A DNA stretch of 64,000 nt, from contig DRGC01000051.1 in assembly GCA_011050235.1 (NCBI GenBank), forward strand, positions 18,333 through 82,332, given 5' to 3'. A model generated the notes under the pieces. The model saw only the letters and a program-made list of their open reading frames with translations. It was not told the origin of the DNA and searched no databases. The position numbers were made by a program, and so were the translations under genes. The stretch is from Phycisphaerae bacterium. GTDB taxonomy: Bacteria > Planctomycetota > Phycisphaerae > SM23-33. Numbering within the stretch: position 1 is the stretch's first letter; every line of letters begins with the position of its first letter. This document shows, piece by piece, positions 9,261 through 17,460 of this stretch.

Positions 9261-10346
9261 ATGATGTCGGCCATGGCTATTGATTTTGCGAGGGACCGTT
9301 GGGAGAAGATTCGTGAGGATGCGGCGACATGGTGGGCGGGCGAGCTGGATCGGCCGTTGATCCCCATGGACGCTACCGGGCGCGACCCCGGGCGCGACAA
9401 ACCCAAGAGCCCCGCCGTCGATATGTACGACCTGTCGATCCCGGCCGCCGATATCATCGACCACTGGGACTACAATCTGTGCGGCAAGGAGTTCTGGGGC
9501 GACGGGTTCCCCTACACCTGGCTGAACCTCGGCCCCGGCGTGCTGGCGACCTTCGTGGGCGGCCGGGCCGAGCCGACCGAGCAGACCGTCTGGTTCTACC
9601 CCGACGAGGTCCGCGAGCTGCCCGACCTGCACATCGAGTACGACCCCGACAGTTGGGTCCTGCGGCGCATCAAGGACATCGCCCGCGCGGCCATGGAACG
9701 ATGGGAAGGCCAGGTCCTCGTCGGCATGACCGATCTGGGCGGCACGCTGGACGTGCTGTCGACATTCCGGCCGTCCGAGAAGCTGCTGCTGGATCTGGTC
9801 GATCATCCCGACGACGTCAAACGCGTCACGTGGGAAATCCACGACGCATGGTTCCGCGCCTTTGACGACATCAACGCCGCCCTTGGGCCGCTCAGCCCCG
9901 GCCACGCCGCCTGGGTGCCGATCTACTCCCGGCCGACCAGCTACATGCTGCAGTGCGACTTCGCCTACATGATCGGCCCGGAGATGTTCGACGAGTTCGT
10001 CAAGCCCGAGTTCGCCGCGACCTGCAAACGGGTCGCCAACGCGTTCTACCACCTCGACGGCGTCGGCCAGTTGCCCCACCTCGATTCGATGCTCGAGATC
10101 GAGGAGCTGGACGGCATCCAGTGGGTGCCCGGTACGGGCCAAAAGGGCCAGATCGAATGGCCCGAGGTCTACGCCAAGGTCCGCGACGCCGGCAAGCTGC
10201 TCCAGATCTATGACTGGGGCGGAGACGTCCTGAACACTATCGCCGACCAACTCGGCAGCGCCAAAGGCATCGTCAACGTCGCCCACTCGTCGCTCGACCA
10301 GCGCGACGAGGCCATGGAGTTTCTGAAGCGTTACGGCGTAGTGTAG
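9261..10346 (+). CDS. Uroporphyrinogen decarboxylase (URO-D)-like family protein (MtaA/CmuA-like fold)
   Basis: 361-aa TIM-barrel-like protein resembling the URO-D/methyltransferase-I superfamily. A second paralogue-like gene lies at 26454..27569. Function unknown. Confidence 0.7.
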   Translation: MMSAMAIDFARDRWEKIREDAATWWAGELDRPLIPMDATGRDPGRDKPKSPAVDMYDLSIPAADIIDHWDYNLCGKEFWGDGFPYTWLNLGPGVLATFVGGRAEPTEQTVWFYPDEVRELPDLHIEYDPDSWVLRRIKDIARAAMERWEGQVLVGMTDLGGTLDVLSTFRPSEKLLLDLVDHPDDVKRVTWEIHDAWFRAFDDINAALGPLSPGHAAWVPIYSRPTSYMLQCDFAYMIGPEMFDEFVKPEFAATCKRVANAFYHLDGVGQLPHLDSMLEIEELDGIQWVPGTGQKGQIEWPEVYAKVRDAGKLLQIYDWGGDVLNTIADQLGSAKGIVNVAHSSLDQRDEAMEFLKRYGVV

Positions 10347-10359
10347 GCTCGGCGATGCC

Positions 10360-10520
10360 GAGGAAGCACGAAACTCGAAACCCGAAACAAGCACGAAATT
10401 CGAATGACCAAAACAGTCGCATCCGCAGCATTGGCAACGCAGCGTGTTTCGAGCTTCGTGCTTCGAATTTGTTTCGGGCCTGCCTGCCGGCAGGTAGGTT
10501 TCGTTTTTCGAATTTCGGAT
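10360..10520. repeat. Hairpin-dense intergenic region built from short CGAAA/TTTCG modules
   Basis: gcacgaaactcgaaacccgaaacaagcacgaaattcgaa ... tttcgagcttcgtgcttcgaatttgtttcggg ... ggtttcgtttttcgaatttcgg. The modules cccgaaacaa, gcacgaa and attcgaa recur in permuted, reverse-complementary order. Lies between the URO-D-like gene and the GH42 gene. Confidence 0.4.
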
Positions 10521-10562
10521 TCACCGGATAATCGCTGAACGTCAGCGCCCCAGGAGTGATTA

Positions 10563-12653
10563 ATGCCAACCCATGGTCCCATCAACCCCGCCTTGCCGAA
10601 GCTGTTTCACGGCGGCGACTATAATCCCGACCAATGGCCCGAAGACATCCGCATCGACGACGTGCGGCTGATGAAGCTGTCGGGCATGAACCTCATGTCG
10701 ACCGGCATCTTCGCCTGGGCTCAGCTCGAGCCCGAAGAAGGCACGTTCGACTGGGCCTGGCTGGATGAGACCTTCGACCGCCTGCACGATGCCGGCGTGT
10801 TCGTGGCGCTGGCCACACCGTCGTCCTCGCCGCCGCACTGGATGGCGGATAAGTATCCCGAGATCCAGGCGGTCTACAAGGACACCCATCGCGGCCTGCC
10901 CGGCGTGCGGCAGGTGTCCTGCCCCACCTCGCCCATCTTTCGGCGCCAGACGCAACGGATCAACCAACTGCTGGCCGAGCGCTATGGCAAGCATCCGGGC
11001 TTGGCGATGTGGCACGTGTCCAACGAGTACGGCCACCTGTGGGACCACTGCTACTGCGATCTCTGCCAGCAGGCGTTCCGCGATTGGCTGGAGAAACGCT
11101 ACGGCGACATCGATACGCTCAACGAGCAGTGGTGGGCGCGGTTCTGGTCGCACACGTTCAACGACTTCTCGCAGATCAACGCGCCCACCGATCACGGCCA
11201 CGTCAACGGCCTGACCGGGCTGATGTTGGACTGGCGACGGTTCTGCTCGACGCAGATCGTGGAGTTCTTCAAGAACGAGTGCACGCCCCTGCGCGAGCTG
11301 ACGCCGGAGGTGCCGATCACGACCAACCTGATGGGCTTTTTCAACGGGCTCGACTACGCCAAGTTCGGCGACGTGCTGGACGTGGTCTCATGGGACAGCT
11401 ACCCCGAGGTCGACGCCGACCCGGCCTTCACCGCCATGGCCCACTGCCTGATGCGGGGCGTCAAACACGGCGACCCGTGGATGTTGATGGAGCAGACGCC
11501 GTCCAGCACGAATTGGCACCGGCACCACCGCCTCAAGCCGCCGGGACTGATGCGGAATGTCTCTCTTCAGGCCGTCGCCCACGGCTCGGACGCGGTGATG
11601 TACTTCCAGTGGCGTCGCTGCCGCGGCGGCCACGAGAAGTTCCACGGGGCCGTCGTCTCGCACGTCGGCCATGAGAACACGCGCGTGTTTCAGGAAGTCG
11701 CTCAGCTCGGCCGCGACCTGGCTGCGCTCTCAGAGCCCGTCGTCGGCACACGGGCGGCCAAGGCCCGGGTGGGCATGCTGTGGGCCGCCGAGAACCGCTG
11801 GGCCGTCGACCTGTCCGCCGGGCCGGGCAAGGACAAGAAGTTCATCGAGACCAAGCTGCGCCACTTCCGATCGGTCTGGAAGCAGAACATTCCCATCGAC
11901 GTGGTCCGCCTGGATGGCGACTGGTCGCAGTATGACATTCTGATTGCGCCGCTTCTGTACATGGTCAAGTCCGGCCGGTTCCCGCTGGCCGGCACACCCG
12001 AAGAACTCCACGCCCGCATCGATGAGGCCGCCAAGATCAACGACTTCGTCGCCGCCGGCGGCACGTTCGTCACCACGCACCTGTCGGGCCTGGTTAACGA
12101 AAGCGACCTGGTCTACGAAGGCGGCTACCCCGGCGCGCTGCGAAAGCTGCTGGGCATCTGGTCGGAAGAGATCGACAACCGCGCCGAAGGCGAAGCGACC
12201 AACGAGATGTGCATCGCGGGCGAGCTGAAACTGCCCAAAGCGTCCTACACGTGCGACCATTACTTCGACCAGATTCACGCCGAGGGCGCCGACGTGCTGG
12301 CCAGCTACGGCAAGAACTGGTACGCGGGCCGGCCGTGCCTGACGCGAAATGCCGTCGGCAAGGGCCAAGCCTACTACGTGGCCACCTGCGCGGACGAGGA
12401 CTTCCTGACCGACTTCTACGGGATGCTGGCCGACGAGAAGGGCATCGAACCGCTCGCCTCCAGCGGCGAGGACGTCGAAGTCCTCCTTCGCGAGGCCGAC
12501 GACCGAAAGCTGCTGTTCGTCATCAACCACAGCGACAGCCAGCGGACGGCCGACCTGGGCAACCAATCCGGAACTGACCTGTTGACCGGCGAGCCCTGCT
12601 CCGGCCAAATCACCCTCGCCTCCTACGCCGTCCGCATCATCAAGATGATCTAG
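10563..12653 (+). CDS. Glycoside hydrolase family 42 beta-galactosidase
   Basis: 696 aa. N-terminal GGDYNPDQWPEDIRIDDVRLMKLSGMNLMSTGIFAWAQLEPEEG, a Cys cluster CYCDLC typical of the GH42 zinc site, and overall GH42 TIM-barrel plus trimerisation/C-terminal domain length. Confidence 0.85.
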   Translation: MPTHGPINPALPKLFHGGDYNPDQWPEDIRIDDVRLMKLSGMNLMSTGIFAWAQLEPEEGTFDWAWLDETFDRLHDAGVFVALATPSSSPPHWMADKYPEIQAVYKDTHRGLPGVRQVSCPTSPIFRRQTQRINQLLAERYGKHPGLAMWHVSNEYGHLWDHCYCDLCQQAFRDWLEKRYGDIDTLNEQWWARFWSHTFNDFSQINAPTDHGHVNGLTGLMLDWRRFCSTQIVEFFKNECTPLRELTPEVPITTNLMGFFNGLDYAKFGDVLDVVSWDSYPEVDADPAFTAMAHCLMRGVKHGDPWMLMEQTPSSTNWHRHHRLKPPGLMRNVSLQAVAHGSDAVMYFQWRRCRGGHEKFHGAVVSHVGHENTRVFQEVAQLGRDLAALSEPVVGTRAAKARVGMLWAAENRWAVDLSAGPGKDKKFIETKLRHFRSVWKQNIPIDVVRLDGDWSQYDILIAPLLYMVKSGRFPLAGTPEELHARIDEAAKINDFVAAGGTFVTTHLSGLVNESDLVYEGGYPGALRKLLGIWSEEIDNRAEGEATNEMCIAGELKLPKASYTCDHYFDQIHAEGADVLASYGKNWYAGRPCLTRNAVGKGQAYYVATCADEDFLTDFYGMLADEKGIEPLASSGEDVEVLLREADDRKLLFVINHSDSQRTADLGNQSGTDLLTGEPCSGQITLASYAVRIIKMI

Positions 12654-12671
12654 ACCCCCACCCCGGCACAT

Positions 12672-13491
12672 GTGATACCTCACGTTGTGAAGTATCGTCT
12701 GATCGCCAGGCGGATGCCCGACGCGCAACGCTTCAACGTTGGCCGCAGCGGGAGCACACGATACCTCATGTCATTAGGTATCGCCCCTTGTGGCGTTCGG
12801 GCCTGTCGGTCGGGCTTGCGCCCGCCGCCGCGCGGAATACCTCACGTCATGAGGTATCACCCAAGCGCCGGGCCGACCCTACGCATGGCGCCTCCGCGAT
12901 CGCAGCAGGAGCACACGATACCTCATGTCATGAGGTATCACCCAACCGCCGGACCGGCCCTACGCCTGGCGCCTCCGCGATCGCAGCAGAAGCACACGAT
13001 ACCTCATGACATGAGGTATCGCTCCCTGCGGCGTTCGGGCCTTTCGGTCGGGCTTGTGCCCGCCGCCGCGCGGAATACCTCACGTCATGAGGTATCACCC
13101 AAGCGCCGGGCCGACCCTACGCATGGCGCCTCCGCAATCGCAGCAGGAGCGCACGATACCTCATGTCATGAGGTATTACCCAAGCGCCGAACCGGCCCTG
13201 CGCATGGCGCCTCCGCAATCGCAGCAGGGGCACACGATACCTCATGTCATGAGGTATCGCCCCCTGCGGCGTTCGGGCCTTTCGGTCGGGCTTGTGCCCG
13301 CCGCCGCGCGGAATACCTCACGTCGTGAGGTATTCGCTGACGTCCGGTCGCGATCAACCTCAATACAACGAGACTGCGCCACTTGAAATGATTGGCGGCT
13401 TGGCCGAGGATACCTCACGTGATGAGGTATCGCGTGGCGGGCCCGAACCAAGCTGCCGCCGAGGCAGACGAGACCTCATGTGGTGAGGTAT
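12672..13491. repeat. Tandem array of 11 copies of a 23-bp near-perfect palindrome (consensus GATACCTCAYGTCATGAGGTATC) with 238-bp higher-order periodicity
   Basis: Copies begin at about 12673, 12760, 12836, 12917, 12998, 13074, 13155, 13236, 13312, 13409 and 13470. Spacings follow a 76/81/81 pattern repeated three times (238-bp units). The spacers themselves recur: two ~58-bp types (acccaagcgccgggccgaccctacgcatggcgcctccgc...) and one ~53-bp type (gcccc(t)tgcggcgttcgggcctttcggtcgggcttgtgcccgccgccgcgcgg). Terminal copies are degenerate. Confidence 0.9.
13409..13491 (+). promoter_or_regulatory. Putative operator/promoter region of the padR-family gene (two palindrome copies at -119 and -58 relative to the ATG at 13528)
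   Basis: Palindromes gatacctcacgtgatgaggtatc (13409..13431) and agacctcatgtggtgaggtatg (13470..13491) lie directly upstream of the PadR ORF. PadR-family repressors typically bind inverted repeats in their own promoter. Confidence 0.4.
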
Positions 13492-13527
13492 GCTCCGGTG
13501 GTCCCGTCCGTTGAAAGGGATGGTGCG

Positions 13528-13854
13528 ATGGCGATGTCGTCGGACTTGATGCGGGCAACGATTGAAATGATGCTTCTGGCCTTACTCAAAGATTCCGCCT
13601 GCCATGGTTATGAATTGGCCAAGCGGGCGCACCGCCGATCGGGAGGGGCGGTGCACTGGCTCGAGGGGTCGTTATACCCGACGTTGCGCCGGCTTCACGA
13701 GAAGGGGATGGTGACGGCCAAGTGGGAAGGCCCGGCGGCCGGGAGAAGACGCAAGGTCTACTCATTGACGGCAAGAGGGCGCCGGGAACTGGTGGTTCGG
13801 GCGGCGGAATGGGCGACCTTCGCCAGAGGGACCAAGAGCATCCTCAGCCAATAG
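13528..13854 (+). CDS. PadR family transcriptional regulator
   Basis: 108 aa. Winged-helix PadR motifs (MLLALLKDSACHGYELAKR...GSLYPTLRRLHEKGMV...KVYSLTARGRREL). The ATG at 13528 is preceded by AAAGGGA about 8 nt upstream; the upstream ORF-track start at 13480 lies inside a palindrome copy. Confidence 0.8.
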   Translation: MAMSSDLMRATIEMMLLALLKDSACHGYELAKRAHRRSGGAVHWLEGSLYPTLRRLHEKGMVTAKWEGPAAGRRRKVYSLTARGRRELVVRAAEWATFARGTKSILSQ

Positions 13855-14065
13855 GGCGATCTTGAACGCATCTTCTGTGCGCCGTGTGCCCCGCTGTGAG
13901 GAGATCTGCATACGAATCAATCATCTTGCCCATCACCCTCAGGCGTGACACAATGCCGCCTTCCTGTCGGTTGAAGGTGTTGTTGGCCGCAGGCGCGGAA
14001 GAGCACAGGACTCCAAGACCATACCTCGGCAGCCGAGGTATTACCAAGCTCGCGAGGACGATAAC

Positions 14066-15055
14066 ATGGAAAAGGTGACGCTCGGACGGACCGGGCTGGA
14101 AGTGCCCAAGTTGGCGATGGGCGGGGCGTGGTGCGCCATCGACCCCGACGGGCAGGAACGTAGCCGCAAGCTGATTCATCGCGCGATGGAGTTCGGCATG
14201 AACTACATCGATACCGCCGCCGGCTACGGCGACAGCGAGGAGGCGATTGGCAACGTCATCAAGGACATCAAAGAGCCGATCATCATTGCCACCAAGCTGG
14301 GCGGGCGGCCGCAGCCGTTCGAGCCGCAGAACATCGATTGTCTGCGAAAGTCGGTCGAGACATCGCTGAAGCTGCTGCACCGCGAGCAGATCGACATCCT
14401 GATGATCCACGAGCCGGACCGACCGGGCGAGTACGACTGGTGGGCCGACCGCGACACCTACTCCGGTCCGGTCACCGACCTGATGGAAGAACTCAAGGAA
14501 AAGGGCACGATCCGCTTCACGGGCCTGGGCGGCACGACGGCCCACGAGTTGGGGCCGATCATCCGCTCGGGCAAGTTCGACGTGGTCCTGACGGCCTTCA
14601 ACTACAGCCTGCTCTGGCGCGAGGCCGCTATCGACGTGATCCCCGCCTGTAAGGAAGTGGGCGCCGGCGTTGTCTCCGCCTCGCCGCTGCAGCAAGGCGG
14701 GCTGGTCGGGCGCTTCGACGACGAAGTCAATAACGGCGCGCTGTGGCTGAGTAAGCCGCGTCGCGAGCAGTACAAGGCCCTCTACGCCTACCTCGACGAG
14801 ATCGGCATGGACATCATCGAATGCGCCCTGCGGTTCGTGGTCTCCAATCCGGACATCGACTGCATAATGAACGGCGCCCGCGACGTCGAGCAACTCGAGC
14901 AGAACGTGGCCGCCTTCGAGAAAGGTCCCCTGCCGGCTGACATCCTGGCCCGGCTGGACGACATCCACGCGATGGTGCCCTTCCGCCCGTTCGAAGAGCC
15001 CTTCGGCATCCACTTTACCGGCCCGAAGCACCGCTCGGGCCCGGGATCCGCATAA
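14066..15055 (+). CDS. Aldo/keto reductase family oxidoreductase
   Basis: AKR signature regions: GLEVPKLAMGG, YIDTAAGYGDSEEAIG, ILMIHEPD. 329 aa. Confidence 0.85.
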   Translation: MEKVTLGRTGLEVPKLAMGGAWCAIDPDGQERSRKLIHRAMEFGMNYIDTAAGYGDSEEAIGNVIKDIKEPIIIATKLGGRPQPFEPQNIDCLRKSVETSLKLLHREQIDILMIHEPDRPGEYDWWADRDTYSGPVTDLMEELKEKGTIRFTGLGGTTAHELGPIIRSGKFDVVLTAFNYSLLWREAAIDVIPACKEVGAGVVSASPLQQGGLVGRFDDEVNNGALWLSKPRREQYKALYAYLDEIGMDIIECALRFVVSNPDIDCIMNGARDVEQLEQNVAAFEKGPLPADILARLDDIHAMVPFRPFEEPFGIHFTGPKHRSGPGSA

Positions 15056-16089
15056 TGAAAGCTGCCCTACTGGAACAACTCGGCTCGCTGACGGTTCGCG
15101 AGGTCGCCGACCCCGAGGTCGGCCCCTATGGCGCGCTGTGTCAGATGCTCTACGGCGCCACCTGCACCGGCACGGACCTGCACCTGATCGAAGGCCGCGT
15201 CGACTGGGCCATCACCGCCGCACCGACCATCATCGGCCACGAGAGCATCGGCCGGGTCATCGACGTCGGCAATAAGGTCCGCAACTTGAAGGTCGGCGAT
15301 ATGGTCACCCGCGTCGGCGCCCCGCCGGCCGCCGACGGCAGCTACAGCAGCACGTGGGGGGGCTTTGCCGAGCTGGGCGTGGCGTGCGACCACTGGGCTA
15401 TGAAAGAAGACGGCGTCGCGGAAGACCAGTGGTCCGGCGCGACGGTCAACCAGATCATCCCGGCCGAGTTCGACCCGCGGGCGTGCACGATGATGACCAC
15501 GTGGCGCGAGACGCTCAGCTACATCACGCGCATGGGCCTCGCGACCGGCAACCGGGTGTTGATCCTGGGCTCGGGCGGGGTGGGGCTGGCCTTCGCGGCC
15601 CACGCGGCCAACCTGGGCGCGGTGCGGGTGGCCATGTGCGGCAGCGCCGCCCGGAAAGAGGTCGCCAAACGTGCGGGCGTGACCGACTTCTATGACTACA
15701 AGGCCGACGGGGTCGGCTGGATCATCGCCAGCATGTGCCCGGAGGGCTTCGATATCGTCATCGATGCGGTCGGCTCGCAGGAGACCATCGACCTGGCGCT
15801 GTTCAACGTGATGCAGGGCGGATCGGTCGGCATCTACGGCATCGACGAGATGGGCAAGACCACCGTCGACCCCGACAAGGCCCGCGCCGAGTTCACCGAA
15901 TTCGACGGCGGCTACGACGAGGCCGAAACGCACGAACGGGTTGTCGGTTTCATGCAGACCGGCAAACTCGACGCCGGCATTTGGCTGGACCTGGACACCA
16001 CCTACCCGTTGGACGAGATCAACGCCGCCTTCGACGCCGTGCGAAATCGCCAGTGCGTCAAAGCCCTGGTCAAGCTGTCGGATGGCTAG
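15055..16089 (+). CDS. Zinc-type alcohol dehydrogenase / MDR superfamily oxidoreductase
   Basis: GHESIGRVIDVG (catalytic zinc ligands) and GxGxxG nucleotide motif LILGSGGVGLAFA. The start overlaps the AKR stop (TAATG), suggesting a padR-adjacent two-gene operon. Confidence 0.8.
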   Translation: MKAALLEQLGSLTVREVADPEVGPYGALCQMLYGATCTGTDLHLIEGRVDWAITAAPTIIGHESIGRVIDVGNKVRNLKVGDMVTRVGAPPAADGSYSSTWGGFAELGVACDHWAMKEDGVAEDQWSGATVNQIIPAEFDPRACTMMTTWRETLSYITRMGLATGNRVLILGSGGVGLAFAAHAANLGAVRVAMCGSAARKEVAKRAGVTDFYDYKADGVGWIIASMCPEGFDIVIDAVGSQETIDLALFNVMQGGSVGIYGIDEMGKTTVDPDKARAEFTEFDGGYDEAETHERVVGFMQTGKLDAGIWLDLDTTYPLDEINAAFDAVRNRQCVKALVKLSDG

Positions 16090-16172
16090 CCGCCAGCCGG
16101 CACAGTCAGAGCTCCGCCGCGTTTGTCTACGGCTGGTTGGGCTACGGTCCCTACACCCTCAACTTCATGCCC

Positions 16173-16250
16173 GGGGTGCCACGCTTTTCGTAAGAAAAGC
16201 GTGGCTGGCTCGCGGCGCTGCACGCTTCTGCAAGCAGAAGCGTGGCACCC
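16173..16250. repeat. REP-like double-hairpin element (family GGGTGCCACGCTT...AAGCGTGGCACCC), copy 1
   Basis: gggtgccacgcttttcgtaagaaaagcgtggc...cacgcttctgcaagcagaagcgtggcaccc. Two inner hairpins are enclosed by an outer 13-bp inverted repeat. Sits between convergent genes. Confidence 0.7.
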
Positions 16251-16263
16251 AAGACCGAGTGTT

Positions 16264-17460
16264 CTAGCTCATCAGCAGCTCCCGCATGACCCACTCGTAC
16301 TCGCGGGCGATGCTGTCGGCCAGGTCGTCGGCCCGCAGCTCATCCGGCAGGACGGCGAAGGTGTAGGTTTCGATCTCCAGGTGTTCGGTCGCCCCGGCCC
16401 GCAGTGCGGCGGCCAGCTCGCCGGTCAGCAGAGAGTTGGTCGACGCCAACTCGCCCGACCCCTCGAAAAACAGCGGCACGTGGAAGTGCACTCGCCACGT
16501 CTGTGACGACTGGTCGGTATCGGCATCCAATGCATCCGGCAGGTCCGGGTAAGAGACCACCTCCCCGCCGGCCCCGCGCGATTTGACTTGGTGGAGATAG
16601 ACCGGGTCGCAGAACTCCCGCAATTGGCTGCGAGCGGCGGCGTTTGCCCGGGCCTCCAGTGCGGCGCTGAGATGCACCTTGCCGATCCGCACGCCGGCGG
16701 CGGCCAGCGACACCAGGGAGGCGGCCAGGTCCTCAAACTCCACCGCCAGGTGCGACGTATCGAAACACACGCCCACATGTCGGCCGATGACCCGGGCCGC
16801 ATCGGCCTGGTCCAGGCCGTGTCGATCGGCCAGATAGCGGCAGCCGTGCTCGCGCAGCGGACCATTAAAGAACGCGATCGTCTCGTCGGTGTTCTCGATA
16901 AAGCAGTCCGGCTCGGGCTCCAGGGCCAGGACAATCTCCCGCCCGCTCCGGCGGGCAATCGCATCCAGCCGAGCGGCCGTGTCGCATAGCATCTCGACCA
17001 TTTGTCGAACATCGTCGTCGCCCTGAATCCACGGCTTGTACGAGCCCGGCACGGTCGAAATGCTGCCGGTGACGCCTTCGGGAAGCAGTTGGGCCAGGAC
17101 TTCGGCCATGGCGATGGTGTAGTCGCGCCGCTCGGCCGTTCGCCAGTCGGGCGCATAGACGCTGTCCTTGACGGCGGTATCATGAAACTGGCCGTACGGG
17201 AAGCCGTTGATCGTGAAGACGTAGAGATTCTCACGATCCAGGAACATCCGGAACTCACTTAGCGCAGCCGCCTCGGCCAACTGCCCGGCCGCCAGTGCAC
17301 TGAGGCGCAGCCCCAGGCCAAACGGCTTGTCGGCAGCGACGCGGTCCCGCACGGCGATAGCGAACGTGCGGATGGCGGCGACGTTCTCGGCCCAACTCTC
17401 GCCGGGATGAACGTTCAGACAATAGGTCAGGTGCACCGGCGGGTCGGACTGAATCCTCAT
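16264..17460 (-). CDS. Xylose isomerase-like TIM-barrel protein (EboE-like sugar phosphate isomerase/epimerase)
   Basis: 398 aa. Last gene of an operon whose other members match ebo-cluster families. A 4-bp start/stop overlap with the DHQS-like gene (17457..17460) indicates coupling. Assigned by context and size, so confidence is moderate. Confidence 0.55.
   Translation of the reverse strand: MRIQSDPPVHLTYCLNVHPGESWAENVAAIRTFAIAVRDRVAADKPFGLGLRLSALAAGQLAEAAALSEFRMFLDRENLYVFTINGFPYGQFHDTAVKDSVYAPDWRTAERRDYTIAMAEVLAQLLPEGVTGSISTVPGSYKPWIQGDDDVRQMVEMLCDTAARLDAIARRSGREIVLALEPEPDCFIENTDETIAFFNGPLREHGCRYLADRHGLDQADAARVIGRHVGVCFDTSHLAVEFEDLAASLVSLAAAGVRIGKVHLSAALEARANAAARSQLREFCDPVYLHQVKSRGAGGEVVSYPDLPDALDADTDQSSQTWRVHFHVPLFFEGSGELASTNSLLTGELAAALRAGATEHLEIETYTFAVLPDELRADDLADSIAREYEWVMRELLMS

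Noticed and set aside
8262-10394. 710-aa ORF antisense to the radical SAM and URO-D-like genes
   Set aside because: Same reason: it spans two well-supported sense genes, and its translation is compositionally biased (A/G/R/V/D) without motifs.
12672-13451. ORF-track proteins 12672..13328, 12788..13009, 13054..13386 and 13242..13451 with internally repetitive sequences (IPHVMRYHPSAGP...)
   Set aside because: They are translations of the palindrome/spacer array in several frames; their repetitiveness mirrors the DNA repeat, and no RBS or coding periodicity supports them.
12672-13491. Possible CRISPR array (regular short palindromic repeats with spacers)
   Set aside because: The spacers are not unique; only three spacer types recur in a fixed order with 238-bp periodicity. 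The repeat is a 23-bp perfect palindrome, not a typical 28-37-bp CRISPR repeat, and no cas genes are nearby.
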